The notes: generated from the sequence alone by a model not told the origin. DNA of 64,000 bases from Stegostoma tigrinum (GCF_030684315.1 NC_081354.1:133153314-133217313), one strand, 5' to 3'; positions 12,755 to 26,017 are shown, numbered from the stretch's first letter. A program made the numbers and translations.

Positions 12755-14272
12755 AGAGATAATAAAGTGTGAAGCTGGATGAACACAGCAAGCCAAGCAG
12801 CATCTCAGGAGCACAAAAGCTGACGTTTCGGGCCTAGGCCCTTCATCAGAGAGGGGGAAGGGGTGAGGGTTCTGGAATAAATAGGGAGAGAGGGGGAGAC
12901 GGACCAAAGATGGAGAGAAAAGAAGATAGGTGGGGAGGGAGGGAGGGAGCGGATAGGTCAGTCCAGGGAAGACTGACAGGTCAAGGAAGCGGGATGAGGT
13001 TAGTAGGTAGGAAATGAAGGTGCGGCTTGGGGTGAGAGGAAGAACAGGTTAGGGAGGCAGAGACAGGCTGGGCTGGTTTTGGGATGCAGTGGGGGGAAGG
13101 GATGAGCTGGGCTGGTTTTGCAATGCGGTGGGGGAAGGGGAGATTTTGAAGCTGGTGAAGTCCACATTGATACCATTGGGCTGCAGGGTTCCCAAGGAAT
13201 ATGAATTGCTGTTCCTGCAACCTTCGGGTGGCATCATTGTGGCACTGCAGGAGGCCCATGATGGACATGTCATCTAAAGAATGGGAGGGGGAGTTGAAAT
13301 GGTTCGCATCTGGGAGGTGCAGTTGTTTATTGCGAACCGAGCGGAGGTGTTCTGCAAAGCGGTCCCCAAGCCTCCGCTTGGTTTCCCCAATGTAGAGGAA
13401 GCCACACCGGGTACAGTGGATACAGTATACCACATTGGCAGATGTGCAGGTGAACCTCTGCTTAATATGAAAAGTCATCTTGGGGCCTGGGATAGGGGTG
13501 AAGGAGAAGGTGTGGGGGCAAGTGTAGCACTTCCTGCGGTTGCAGGGGAAGGTGCCCGGTGTGGTGGGGTTGGAGGGCAGTGTGGAGCAAACAAGGGAGT
13601 CACGGAGAGAGTGGTCTCTCCGGAAAGCAGACCAGGGTGGGGAAGGAAAAATCTCTTGGGTGGTGGGGTCGGAACAGTCCCTCTTCCGTACCTACACAGG
13701 CCCCAAACCCCACCTCTTCCTCCATTACATTGACTGTATCGGCGCCGCCTCTTGCTCCCCAGAGGAGCTCGAACAGTTCATCCACTTCACCAACACCTTC
13801 CACCCCAACCTTAAGTTCACCTGGGCCATCTCCAACACATCCCTCACCTTCCTGGACCTCTCAGTCTCCATCTCAGGCAACCAGCTTGTAACTGATGTCC
13901 ATTTCAAGCCCACCGACTCCCACAGCTACCTAGAATACACCTCCTCCCACCCACTGTCCTGCCAAAATTCCAATTCCTCTGCCTCCGTTGCATCTGCTCC
14001 CACGATGAGGCAATCAACTCCCGCACATCCCAGATGTCTAAGTTCTTCAAGGACCGCAACTTTCCCCCCCACAGTGGTCGAGAACACCCTTGACCGCCTC
14101 TCCCGCATTTCCCACAACACATCCCTCACACCCCGCCCCCTCCACAACCGCCCAAAGAGGATCCCCCTCGTTCTCTCACACCACCCCACCAACCTCCGGA
14201 TACAACGCATCATGCTCTGACACTTCCGCCATCTACAATCCGACCCCACCACCCAAGACATTTTTCCATCCC
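12755..14272 (-). mobile_element. Penelope-like retroelement, 5'-truncated, with inverted RT segment
   Basis: Minus strand 13673->12755: GIY-YIG (NVVYCIHCTRCGFLYIGETKRRLGDRFAEHLR...NHFN) plus a tail with a hammerhead. Plus strand 13674-14272: PLE RT/thumb (LFLHYID.IG...FTNTFHPNLKFT...FLDL...KPTDSHSYLEYTSSHP). Confidence 0.92.
12818..12853 (-). ncRNA. Minimal type-I hammerhead ribozyme motif in PLE tail
   Basis: Minus strand reads CT-CTGATGA-A-GGGC-CTAG-GCCC-GAAAC-GTC-AG: intact core, 4-bp helix II, ACGT palindrome at helix III, GUC cleavage triplet; helix I only ~2 bp. Confidence 0.75.
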
Positions 14273-15770
14273 ATTTACCAACATTTGTCCAATATCTCTT
14301 TAAAATCCTTCCTATTCAGAGACCCTTCCAGATGCCTTTTAAATAATGTAATTTAACTCACCTTGTCCACCTCTGGCATCTTGTTCGAGACACACACCAT
14401 CTTCTGTGTACATAGATAAGCTGCAGAGCTGGGCTGAGAAGTGGCAAATGGAGTTTAATGCAGACAAGTTTGAGGTGATGCATTTTAGTAGGAGTAACCG
14501 GAAGGCAAAGTACTGGGCTAATGGTAAGATTCTTAGTAGTGTAGATGAGCAGAGACATCTCGGTGTCCACGTACACAGATCCTTGAAAGTTGCCACCCAG
14601 GTTGACAGGGCTGTTAAGCAGGCATACAGTGTTTTAGCTTTTATTAATAGAGGGATCGAGTTCCGGAACCAAGAGGTTATGGTGAAGCTGTACAAAACTC
14701 TGGTGCGGCCGCACTTGGAGTATTGTGTACAGTTCTGGTCACCGCATTATAAGAAGGATGTGGAAGCTTGGAAAGGGTGCAGAGGAGATTTACTAGGATG
14801 TTGCCTGGTATGGAGGGAAGGTCTGACGAGGAAAGGCTGAGGGACTTGAGGCTGTTTTCATTAGAGAGAAGAAGGTTGAGAGGTGACTTAATTGAAACAT
14901 ATGAAGTAATCAGAGGGTTAGATAGGGTGGATAGGGAGAGCCTTTCTCCTAGGATGGTGACGGCAAGCACGAGGGGGCATAGCTTTAAATTGAGGGGGAA
15001 AGATATAGGACAGATGTCAGAGGTAGTTTCTTTACTCAGAGTAGGAAGGGAATGGAACGCTTTGCCTGCAACGATAGTAGATTCGCCAACTTTCGGAACA
15101 TTTAAGTCGTCATTGGATAAGCATATGGGCGTACATGGAATAGTGTAGGTTAGATGGGCTTGAGATCGGTATGACAGGTCGGCACAACATCGAGGGCCGA
15201 AGGGCCTGTATTGTGCTGTAATGTTCTATGTTCTATTGCCCCTTGGGTCCATTTTAAACACTTCCCTCTCACCTGAAACCTTTGCCCTCTGGTTTTGGAC
15301 TCCACTGTGCTAGGAGAAAGGTCTTGGTTATTCACTTTATCCATGCCCCTCATGAGTTTATAAACCTCTAAAGTCTTCCCTCAGCATCTGCTCCAGGGGA
15401 AAAAGGCCTCATTGTATTCAGTCTCCTCCTATAGGTCAAACCCTCCAATCCTGGCGACGCCCTTCTAAATCTTTTGTGCCCCCCTTCAAGTTTAACGGCA
15501 TCTTCCCCAATGTGAGGAGACCAGAACTGAGCGCAGTATTTTAAAAGTGGCCTGTACAGTCGAAACCTAACGCCCCAACTACAGTACTCAGTGCAACGAC
15601 CAGTAAAGGCAAGTGTGCCAAATGCCGCCTTCACCACCCTGTCTACCTGCAACTCCACTTTCAAGGAACTTTGCATCTGCACCCGCACCCCTCTTTGTTT
15701 AGCATTACTCCCCAGAGCCCGACTATTACCTGTTTCAGTCCTGTCCTGATTTGCCTTCCAAAAATGAGTT
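14273..15770 (-). mobile_element. Older CR1-type LINE 3' fragment (host of nested CR1)
   Basis: Minus-strand VVKAAFGTLAF...LKYCAQFWSP and 3' UTR pieces on both sides of the 14410-15235 insert. Confidence 0.75.
14410..15235 (+). mobile_element. Young CR1/HER1-like LINE 3' fragment
   Basis: Nearly open ORF2 end: WAEKWQMEFNADK...LYKTLVRPHLEYCVQFWSPHYKKDV/ERVQRRFTRMLPG...LRGDLIETY; (TTCTATG)n-type tail. Same subfamily as 63388-64000. Confidence 0.9.
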
Positions 15771-15817
15771 TTTGGATGTTTTCATCTGCTCCATGTGTGT
15801 CATAACAATTATATCAA

Positions 15818-15952
15818 AGATACAAAAACAGTGGACGTTAGAAATCTGAAATAAAAGCAGAAAAATGCCGGAGAAGTGTTTAAATCTGTTTCTCTCTCCT
15901 CAGATGCTGTAAGATCTGTTGAGTTTCTCCAGCATTTCCTAATTTTATATCT
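15818..15952. mobile_element. PLE-tail fragments joined in inverted orientation
   Basis: gaaatctgaaataaaagcagaaaaatgccggagaa (tail, minus) is followed by cagatgctgtaagatctgttgagtttctccagcattt (tail, plus). Confidence 0.6.
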
Positions 15953-16149
15953 GTATTGATTCAATACTGAAGCATTTTTCATACTATTAATCCTAACATA
16001 GGAGCAAGACAAATCACTTAAGTCTGTACTAGATTCAATGAAATAATTGCTAATCTGTAATCTATTTCCACCTTTTCCCCATATCCCCATACCTCTCTCT
16101 GGTGAGCAGGTATCTGTCCATATCAGATTAAGAACTGGCACCCCACCTG

Positions 16150-16385
16150 GACCAATCCCCTATAACCCACCTAAACTACAAATCCTTGAACATTACGGGT
16201 AATTTTAGTATGGCCAATCCACCTAGCCTGCACATCTTTGGATTGTGGGAGAAAACTGGAGCACCCGGAAGAAACGCACGCAGACATGGGGAGAACGTGC
16301 AAACTCTACACAGACATTTGCCCAAGGGTGGAATCGAATCCTGGTCCCTGGCACTGTGAGGCAGCAGTGCTAGCCACGGTGCCTA
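16150..16385 (-). mobile_element. HE1-like tRNA-derived V-SINE
   Basis: Reverse complement shows tagcactgctgcctcacagtgccagggaccaggattcgattcc (B box) and the V-domain tgtgtagagtttgcacgttctccccatgtctgcgtg. Confidence 0.85.
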
Positions 16386-17034
16386 TCCCCACCCTGTATA
16401 GAACTAACAGCTTCATGACTTGCACTGTTCTTTTTCAGATACTCGTAGAAACTCTTGCTATTTGTTTTTAAATTTCTGGCTAGTTTTCTCTTGCGTTCTA
16501 ATTTATTTATCTTCATTTAGCATTTGGTGATCCTCAACAGCCGTCTGATGTGCTTTCACCTTTGTGTAATTATATGCTGTGTTTAAACCCTGATATCTGA
16601 TAAACTGGTGGCATCAATGTTTCATCTGTTCCACTTTTGTATAGAAGCCCTGCGTCCATCTGTAAGCCACAAGTCAGTAGTTTTATGAAACGCTGTTGTT
16701 TTCTTGGATGGGTACAGGTGCAGGAATATTTTAAAAGCTCGTTAGTATCAATGATATTGCAGAGTGTGCTGTTTGCAAATTGTACTGCAGCAACTCGTGA
16801 TGGCTTCTTTGATAGCACTTCCCAAAACCATGATCCCACCACCTGCAAGGGCAAGGATAATACATGCAAGACAACAGCAACACTCCCATTTCCAAATTCT
16901 CCTCGATATTCTTTCATTATCGTCAAGTCAAAATCTGTTCCCCTTCCCACATAATATTAGAGAATTTCGGTCATGCTAAGGTGAATTGAGTGGGCAGTGA
17001 GAGGTGAGCATTACTTTTTAATTTTTAAAAATTC

Positions 17035-17690
17035 ACTACTGGGATGTGGGCATTGCTGGCAAGGCCTGCATTTATTGCTTGTCCCTAGTTCATCTTGAGA
17101 ATGTGGCGATGAGCTGCCTTTTTTGAACCACTGCAGGGCATTTTGTGTGAAAACTTGACAGTGCAGTTAGGAAGGTACTACCAGAATTTTGACCCAATGA
17201 CACTGAAAGAGCAGTGATATGATCCCAAGTCAAGGTGTTAAGTGGCTTTCAGGGAAACCGGCAGACATTAGTGTTCCTGTGTTGTTACTCCCCTTTTCAA
17301 CGTAGATGGTAGTGATTGCTCATTTGGAAGGTACTATCTGAGGAATTTTGGTGAATTCCTGAAGTGTACCGTGTCAAAGGTATGCGCTGCTGCTACTCAT
17401 TGTTAGTAACAGAGGGATTAAATGTGGATATGATGCAGTCAAATGGGCTCCTTTGTCCTGGATGGTATGAAAATACTTAAGTGTTGTTGGAGTTGCATAT
17501 ATTGAGGCATGTGGTGACTATTCCAACACCCCTCTGATTTGTGCCCTGTGGTTATGCACAGGTTTTTTTTGTGGGAGGTTAGGAGGTGAGTTGGCTGTGG
17601 GATTCTTGGCCTCTGACCTGCCCTTGTAATCACGGTATTTATATGGCTGGTATAGTTCAGTTTCTGGTCATTGTAAGCCTAGAATTTGTT
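17035..17690 (-). mobile_element. LINE family B 3' fragment
   Basis: Starts with the reverse complement of the tail gcaataaatgcaggccttgccagcaatgcccacatccc; homologous to 28170-28800. Confidence 0.7.
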
Positions 17691-17846
17691 AGCCTTATCC
17701 ATTGCCTAACAATAGGCAAAAGAGGCAGCATTTTTTCTCTTGGGTTTTAGTAATTATTTTAATCAAGGATGGACACTTCGCATTCATTTGTAAAGAATTA
17801 ATGCTAGGCTTCTCTTGTTTCTGTCTTTCCCCCTCTCCTAACATAG

Positions 17847-18002
<156 letters not shown>

Positions 18003-18057
18003 TGAAAGGATAAAATGCTATGTCCTTGGACTCAAAATGGTGCCTTTATGCTGGATG

Positions 18058-20950
18058 ATAGAACATAGAACAGTACAGCACAGTACAGGCCCTTCGGCCC
18101 ACGTATGTTGTGCCAACCTATTATCCTACTAAGATCAATCTACCCCTGTATATCCTACATTTTACTATCCTCCATGTACGTACCCAATAGTTGCTTAAAG
18201 GTCTCTAAAATACCTGACTCCACTACCACTGCTGGCAGTACATTCCACATGCCCACACTCTGTGTAAAGAACCTACCTCTGACATCTCCCCTATACTTTC
18301 CTCCAATCACCTTAAAATTATGCCCGCTCGTAATAGTCATTTCTGCCCTGAGAAAAATGCCTCTCGTCATCTTGTACACCTCTATCAAGTCACCTCTCAT
18401 CCTTCTTTGCGCCGATGAAAGAAGCCCTAGCTCCCTCAACCTTTCCTCATAAGACCTGCCCTCCAGTCCAGGCAGCATCCTGGTAGATATCCTCTGCCCT
18501 CTCGAAAGCTTCCACATCTTTCCTATAATGAGTTGACCAGAACTCAACACAATATCCCAAGTGTGGTCTAATTAGAGTTTTATAGAGCTGCAGCATAACC
18601 TCACGGCTCTTAAACTCAATTCCCCTGCCAATGAAAGCCAACACACCATACGTCTTCTTTACTACCCTATCAACTTGAGTCGCAACTTTTTGAGGGATCT
18701 ATGGACATAGCCCCCAGATCCCTGTGTTCCTGTGCACTGCTGAGAATCCTGCTATTAACCCTGTATTCTACACTCCAATTCAACCTTCCAAAATGAATCA
18801 CTTCACACTTTTCTGGGTTGAATTCCATCTGCCACTTCTTTGCCCAGTTCTGCATCCTGTTAATGTCCCGTTGCAACCTGCAGCAGACTTCCACACTGTC
18901 CACAACTCCTTCAACCTTCATGTCGTGGACAAACTTACTAACCCACCCTTTACCTTCCTCATCCAAATTATTTATAAAGATCACAAAGAGTAGAGGTCCC
19001 AGAACTGATCCCTGTGGAACACCACTGGTTCACCGAGCTCCAGGCTGAATACTTTCCATCTACTACCACCCCCTGTTTTCTGCTGGACAGCCAGTTTTGT
19101 ATCCAAACAGCCATATTTCTTTGAATCCCATGTCTCCTTACTTTCTGAATGAGCCTACCATGTGGAACCGTATTGAATGCCTTGCTAAAATCCAGATACA
19201 CCACAGCCACTGCTCTACCTTCATTGATGTGTTTTGTCACATCCTCAAAGAATTCACTAAGGCTTCTGAGCCATGACCTGCCCCCCTCAAAGCCATGCTT
19301 ACTATTTCTAATCAAACTCCGCTTTTCCAAATAATCATAAGTACTATCTCTTAGAATCCTCTCCAATAATTTGCCCACCACAGAAGTAAGACTGACAGGC
19401 CTGTAATTTCCAGGATTATCCCTATTCCCTTTCTTGAACAAGGAAATGACATTTGCCACCCTCCAATTTTCTGGCACTACTCCAGCAGATATTGAGGACG
19501 CAAATATCCTTGCCAAAGGGGCAGCAATCTCTTCCCTCATGTCCCATAGTAACCTTGGATATATCCTTCCTGGCCCAGGGGACTTATCGGTCCTCGTGTT
19601 TTTCAAAATTTCTAGCACATCCTCCTTCCTAATATCAACCAGTTCGAGCATATCTACCTGTTTCATGCTGCCCTCACAAACGTCAAGGTCCCTCTCGCAG
19701 ATGTATACTGAAACAAAGTATTCATTAAGGACCTCCCCTCCTTCCTCTGACTCCATACACCAGTTTTCTCCACTATTCCTGATTGGGCCTACCCTCACTC
19801 TGGCCTTCCTCTTGTTCCTCACATACGTAAAGAAAGCCTTGGGGTTTTCCTCGATCCTACCTGCCAAGTTGTTCTCATATACCTTTCTAGCTCTCCTAAG
19901 TCCATTCTTCAGTTCCTTCCTGGTTACCTTTTGCCGACTTCTACAGTCCTGTCCGATCCTTGCTTCCTCAACCTTAAGTAAGCTTCCTTCTCCCTCTTGA
20001 CTAGGTGTTTAACATGTCTTGTCATCCAAGGTCCCTTCACCTTACCATCCTTTCCTTGCCTCAGTGGGAGAAACCTATCCAGTATATGTAGCAACTGCTC
20101 CCTAAACAACCTCCACATTTCTTTCATACATTTCTCTGAGAACATCTGATTCCAATTGGTGCTTCATAGTTCTTGCCTAATGGCGTTTTAATTCCCCCTT
20201 CCCCAGTTAAATACTTTCCCATACTGTCAGCTCCTATCCCTCTCCATAACTATCGTAAATGTCAGGGAGTTGTGATCATTATCACCGAAATGCTCTCCTA
20301 CCGAGAGATCTGATACCTGACCTGGTTCGTTGCCAAGCACCAAATCCAGTATGGCCTCCCCTCTAGCTGGCCTATCCACATAGGGTTAGAAATCTTTCCT
20401 GGACATATCTGACAAAATCTGCTCCATCCAAACTATTTGCACTTAGAAGGTTCCAGCCTGTATTGGGGAAGTTGAAGTCGCCCATGATAACAACCCTATT
20501 ACTTCTGCACCTTTCCAAAATCTGTCTCCCAATCTGTTCTCAGTGTTTCTGTTGTTATTTGGGGGGTCTATAGAAAACTCCCAATAAAGGATCCCTTCCT
20601 GTTTCTGACTTACACCCATACTGACTCAGTAGAGAAACTGTCGTCCATGACCTCCCTTTCTGCAGCTGTGATCACATCCCTGATTAGCAATGCCACTTCC
20701 CTGCCTCTCTTACTTCCCTCCCTGTTTCAGTTGAAACATCTATACCCTGGAGCATCCAACGACCATTTCTGCCCTAGTGTTATCCAAGTCTCCGTTATGG
20801 CCACAACATTGTAGTTCCAAGTACGGATCTATGCTCTAAGTTCGTCACCCTTATTCCTGACACTTGCATTGAAGTAGACACATCTCAACTCATCACACTG
20901 ACTGCCACTTTGCCCTATCAACTGGTTACCCTTCCTCATAGATTCTCTGC
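18058..20950 (-). mobile_element. Near-complete CR1-type LINE ORF2 (APE endonuclease + RT), inactivated
   Basis: N-terminal LRCVYFNA.SVRNKGDELRA; 299-aa open stretch 18968-19867 (ANVISLFKKG...NYRPVSLTSVVGKLLE...VVYLDFSKAFNTVPH); C-terminus; TAGAACATAGAAC tail at 18058. Confidence 0.92.
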
Positions 20951-22049
20951 TTGCTCTAACTGTCTGTATACTGGCAGAATTAATTTTGTCTTCCTGTTTT
21001 TCATTCTGCATTGTATTGATCCTCCTCTTTATCTCAGCCTATCAGTCAACTTCCTATTGGTATTCTCATTTCTATGTCAAATTGCTATGTTGTCTTGTTA
21101 TTTTTTACTTCAAAGCCTATTCTGCTTGCCTTTGTGTAGAGTGATTAGGTATTTGATACCAATGCCAGAATTTTCCTGCATTGGTGAGATTGTCACCAGG
21201 TATTGTAAATTTAGACTCACCAATTTCTGTCCGAAATTTCCTTCATTTTTTCTTACATTGTTTAATGATGTTCTAAAGAAGTATATGGTAGCAGCCTGGC
21301 CACTTTAATCTAATGATTTAATAATTCCTTTAATTAGTTTGTTCAACTGCACCTACTTGGTAAAATAGTTTGACATAATTCATGGAGCTTCAATGGTCTA
21401 ATAATACCTTACTCCGCATTGGTAGAATCTGTATGGACTTCACAGTAGTTGTGCCAGCTGCCACCAGAGTTCTAATCTCAACCTTTTGCATAACAAGATT
21501 TTATCTCGTGTTCATGCTCAGCATGAATTCTTTCAGGTTTTGTGAGTAGTATCTTGTGCAGTTGTTTCACTTACAAAACTTATAATCAGCAGAGTAATGT
21601 GTTGGACACAGGAGAACTTTGAGGGAGCCAATGTTGAAGACAGATCTTGAATTCTCTCTGATTCAGATGCTGACTAAATTATTGACCACATTTCAAATTA
21701 TGGCACTGGGATAAAACCTGAGTGCTGTAACTCTAATGCTCTACAAAATCGGAATGGATCAGTTCAATTTCTAGTCTGTGTTGCAAGTTTTGTGGGAAAG
21801 CGGATGTGAAGCTTGAGATCATTTGGCTAAGATGCTTCTGTCATCCAGTAGCCTGCTTGCATTTACTATCCAACTCTGAAGACAAGTGTTAATTTCGAGT
21901 TAAATGTTTGAAGGCAATCATCAGTCACTTATACATGATACTGTGGATGCCACTTTCAGAAGAAAAGTTTGGGGAAACTTGAAGCACAGGTTTGAATGGG
22001 TGGAAGATGATGTTCATCATGCAGGCTTGGTGGAAGTACTGAGAGTGAC

Positions 22050-24160
22050 AAGGGTGCAGAATGTATGCTGAGTGGGGGATTTCAGTATCCATCACTAAGA
22101 GTGGCTTGGCAACGCAACTACTGTCTGAACTGGATAAGTCTTAAAGGCATAGCTGTTAGACTGTGTCTGCAGCAGGTTGTGAAGGAACTAATAAGAGGGG
22201 AAAACATACTTTACCTCATCCTCACCAATCTACCAGTTGCAGATACATCTATCCACAACAGTATTGGTAAAAGTGAACACCGCAACTTCTTGCAGAGTCT
22301 AAGTTCCATCTTCATATTGAATATGCACCCTATCATGATGTGTAACACTAATGTTGTGCTAAATGGAAAAGACTTTTTGCTCTTACTGAGCAACTCAAGT
22401 CTGGCATACATGATGTAGTACAACACAATCTGCTGCCTAATGGCCTGGCGTATCCCAGAAAATGTCATGACCGTCAAGCCAGGGGATCAGCACTACATCA
22501 GTGAAGAGTATAGGAGGGAATGTCGGCAGCAGCATCAGGTATACTTGAAAATGAGTTGTCAACCTGGTTAAGCTACAAAACAGGGTTCACTGTGTGCCAA
22601 ACAACACAATTTGCAAACGGTAGACATGGTAAAATGCTTCCACAACCAACAGATCTATGCTGTGCAGCCTTGCCACACTCAATTGTGAAATGAGATGGGC
22701 ATTCAAACAACTTGCTCAGAGGAGGCTGCACAAATGTCCCCATCCTGTATGCTCAGTCTTTGTTCTGCCAGACTCACTCAGCTCCTGATGTCATTTTCCA
22801 TGTTTGGATCAAGGTTGGACAAAAAGAGCTGAATTTCAGAGGCAGGAGTGACTGTCTTTGACATCAAGGCCACATTTGACTAAGGAGCCCTAGCGAAACT
22901 GGAGCCATTGGGGAACGGAGGTGATGGGGGAAGGTTGTGGTCATATCTCTCTGAAAGGTACATAGTTGTGGTTGTTGGACGTCAGCCATGTCAGCTGGAG
23001 GAAATCTCTGCAGACATTGCTCAGACTGTATATTTTCTCGTCAAGCTGTTTAGACATGTTCTTACACATTTCCGTAGTGGGTGGGACTTGAACCTGGGTC
23101 TGCTCGTTTAAAGGTAAGGACACTGTCACTGCATCACAAGAGCCACTCATTCCTTGGTGCCCTAAGGTCATCTTCGCCTGCATTAGTGACCTTCTTTTCA
23201 GCACAATATCAGAAATGGGATTTTTGCTGCTGATTGCACAATGGTCAGCACCATTTGTGACTCTTCAAATACTGAAGTAGTCCAAGTCCAAATATAGCAA
23301 GACCTGGATCGTTACCAGACATGAGTTGAGAAATGTCTCCAGTGTCAGGCAATGTCACATCATAAAAAGTGATTTTAACCTATACTGACATTCGTGGACA
23401 TTGCTGTCACTGCTCCACCATCAGTATTCTGGAGTTTACCATTGAACTGAAACAGAACAGGACAACTATATAACTATTGTGGCTGGAAGAGCATTTCAGT
23501 GGCTAGGAATCCTGAAGTGAGTAACTCACCACCTGGACCATCACTGAAAGCCTCCCCACCATCCACAAGGCACAAGTCAAGGATGTAGTGGAATACTCCC
23601 CCACTTGCCTAGTTGAGTACAACTCCAGCAAAAACTGAGAACACAGTGTGGAGCTGGAGGAACACAGCAGGTCAGGTAGCATCAGAGGAGCAGGAAAGTT
23701 GACGTTTTGGGTCGGGAGCCCTCTGGTAATCCAGCATTGGCAGTTCTTACTATCTCCAACAAAGCTGAAGCGTGACACCACCTAAAACAAAACAAAACCT
23801 GCTGATGGACACCACATGCGCAAACACTCTCAATCTCACTACGATGCTCAGTAGCAGCAGTGTGTACCATCTACAAGGGTCATTGTAGAAATTCACTCAG
23901 GCTGTCTGACCACCATTTCCAAAGCCATGACCGCTACCATCTATGTTGACAAAGACAGAAAATACATGGGAACATCACTTCCTACCAATATCTTTTACAA
24001 GGCACTCTTATCTTGATTTGGAGCCGTACCACACTTCCTCCTTTGGTACATCAAAGCTCCGGAACTTAGTGTGCTGATGCAAATTGCAGTATTGACGTTA
24101 AATATCAGAAGTCTCCAACATGTGCAGATCAAGGGCTGCTCATATCCCCATGAATGCTTT
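22050..24160 (+). mobile_element. LINE family B (APE-type, CR1/L2-group) decayed ORF2 with nested SINE (~23030-23140) and PLE tail (23637-23756)
   Basis: RGENILYLILTNLPVADTSIH (APE motif); homologous in opposite orientation to 28170-32690. Confidence 0.7.
23637..23756 (+). mobile_element. Short PLE-tail insertion with 5' inversion
   Basis: 23637-23722 is the antisense internal tail including gacgttttgggtc; 23723-23756 is the sense extreme 3' end CAGTTCTTACTATCTC. Imperfect TSD ctccagcaaaaactga / ctccaacaaagctga. Confidence 0.7.
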
Positions 24161-25040
24161 CAAAATAAAATACCTGACTGACATTTTGTCCTTTTGATCA
24201 TGTCTTTCCTTTTAATGCAGAATATTATTTGACTTAGCACTTGGTAACGATAGCACTCCCAGGAAATTTTGTCTTAATTGTTAATTTGTTCCAGAGTTTA
24301 ACTTTTAATACATTATGAAACATTGTGGAAGAATTAGAGTCCAACCAAGTTCTTGCTTTCACCTGTAAGGAAAGATACTTCAGCTTGAGAGGCCCGATAT
24401 TTTTAGAGCACTTTTCAAGATATTGTTCAGCCAAATAAGATGCCATTGCAAAGAAATTTTTGTTTCTCTCTTCTTTGGTTCGTTCGTTGTTTCGTTCTTT
24501 TGTTCTTCTGTTCTTCCTCCTACCAACACTCCCCTTGCCAGTAAAGCTCAATTTATGTGGAAAGGCAATGCAATCTTCATAGAAAGTCGCTAGAAATTTT
24601 CCAATGACATAATGCACAATTTAGAGTCCACAGGAGGTTTTCTCTTTGACTGGAGTTTTGATTTCAGCATTTGATTGCAAAATAGCAAAGATGTGATTTG
24701 GATTTGTTGTTGGTTTTAAAGGGGTGTTTGGGATAATGATTAGCAATGGATCATAATATTACTCACTTGTGATCTGGTTTAAAAATGTACTTGTGAAGAT
24801 AGCAATGGTGTTCAGTTATTTATTTGCGTGAATAGATTGTTGAAATTTGGTATTGTGTATTTAATCCTTTGGTAGTGAGAGTATAAGCTTTATTTGAAAG
24901 TTAGTGTTTGTTTGCAGCACAAAAGGAACCTCTAACAGTAATAGTGCAGAATACCATTTAAGTAGCTAGCCATCATTGCACAATTTCATTGTTTATGATG
25001 AAAAAATGCTAAATAATTGTTAATAGTTTATTTAAAATAA

Positions 25041-25262
<222 letters not shown>

Positions 25263-25353
25263 TGAGTTTTTGCAAACTTGAGTAACAACTGCATCTCTTA
25301 AATATTTCACCATTGGCTTCAGTTTGAATGTCATCTGAAAATTTGAAATCGTA

Positions 25354-26017
25354 CATTGAACAGCACAACACCGTACAGGCCCTTTGGCCCACGATGTTAA
25401 GCCGACCTATTATCCTACTCTAAGATCAGGCTAACCTGCATGTCCTTCATTTTTCTATCTTCCATGTGCCTTTCCAAGAGTTGCTTAAATGTTACTAATG
25501 TATCTGACTCCACTACCTCTGCTGGCAGTGACTTACACACACCCACCACTCTCTGTGTGAAGAACCTACCTCTGACATCTCCCCAATACCTTCCTCCAAT
25601 CACCTTAAAATTATGCCCCCTCATAATAGTCATTTCCATCCTGGAAAAAAGTCTCCTGTATGGGTTGATTCGAAAAAATAGGTATAATAATCCCCTAAAT
25701 GCCTAGCACAGGAATTTCCCTCTTTTTATTTTTTTCCCAGGGCGGAAATGACTATTATGCTGGGACATAATTTTAGGGTGATTGGAGGAAGGTATAGGGG
25801 AGATGTCAGAGGTAGGTTCTTTCTACGCGCCCACCACTGTGTAATGTGCTGCCGTCAGTGGTGGGTGGAGTCAGATACGTTAGAGACATTTAAGCAACTT
25901 GTGGATAGGCACATGGATGATAGTATAATGTAGGGTATGCAGTGTAGTTTAGTCTTAGTACGATAATAGGTCAGCACAACATCTAGGGGCGAAGGGCCTG
26001 TACTGTACTGTTCTATG
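25354..26017. mobile_element. Divergent inverted pair of CR1 3' ends
   Basis: 25354-25654 (minus) and 25731-26017 (plus) both encode EMTIM.GHNF.VIGGRY.GDVRGRFF and end in CR1 tails pointing outward. Confidence 0.85.

Noticed and set aside
12850-13140. G-rich tract with a ~39-bp tandem duplication as a regulatory G-quadruplex
   Set aside because: It is the antisense of the pyrimidine-rich PLE 3' region; no evidence of host function.
13540-14220. 226-aa ORF as a novel gene
   Set aside because: It is a chimera of antisense PLE sequence and PLE RT across the inversion junction, with a damaged YIDD motif and a frameshift.
18968-19867. 299-aa ORF as a functional or domesticated reverse transcriptase
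   Set aside because: It is an internal open stretch of a CR1 ORF2 that is frameshifted on both sides, with the catalytic motif altered (FVHD) in the next fragment.
24234-24617. 127-aa minus-strand ORF / antisense exon with acceptor tctttccttacag
   Set aside because: The frame is held open by a TTCG/TTCT simple repeat, shows no recognisable homology, and has no good donor.
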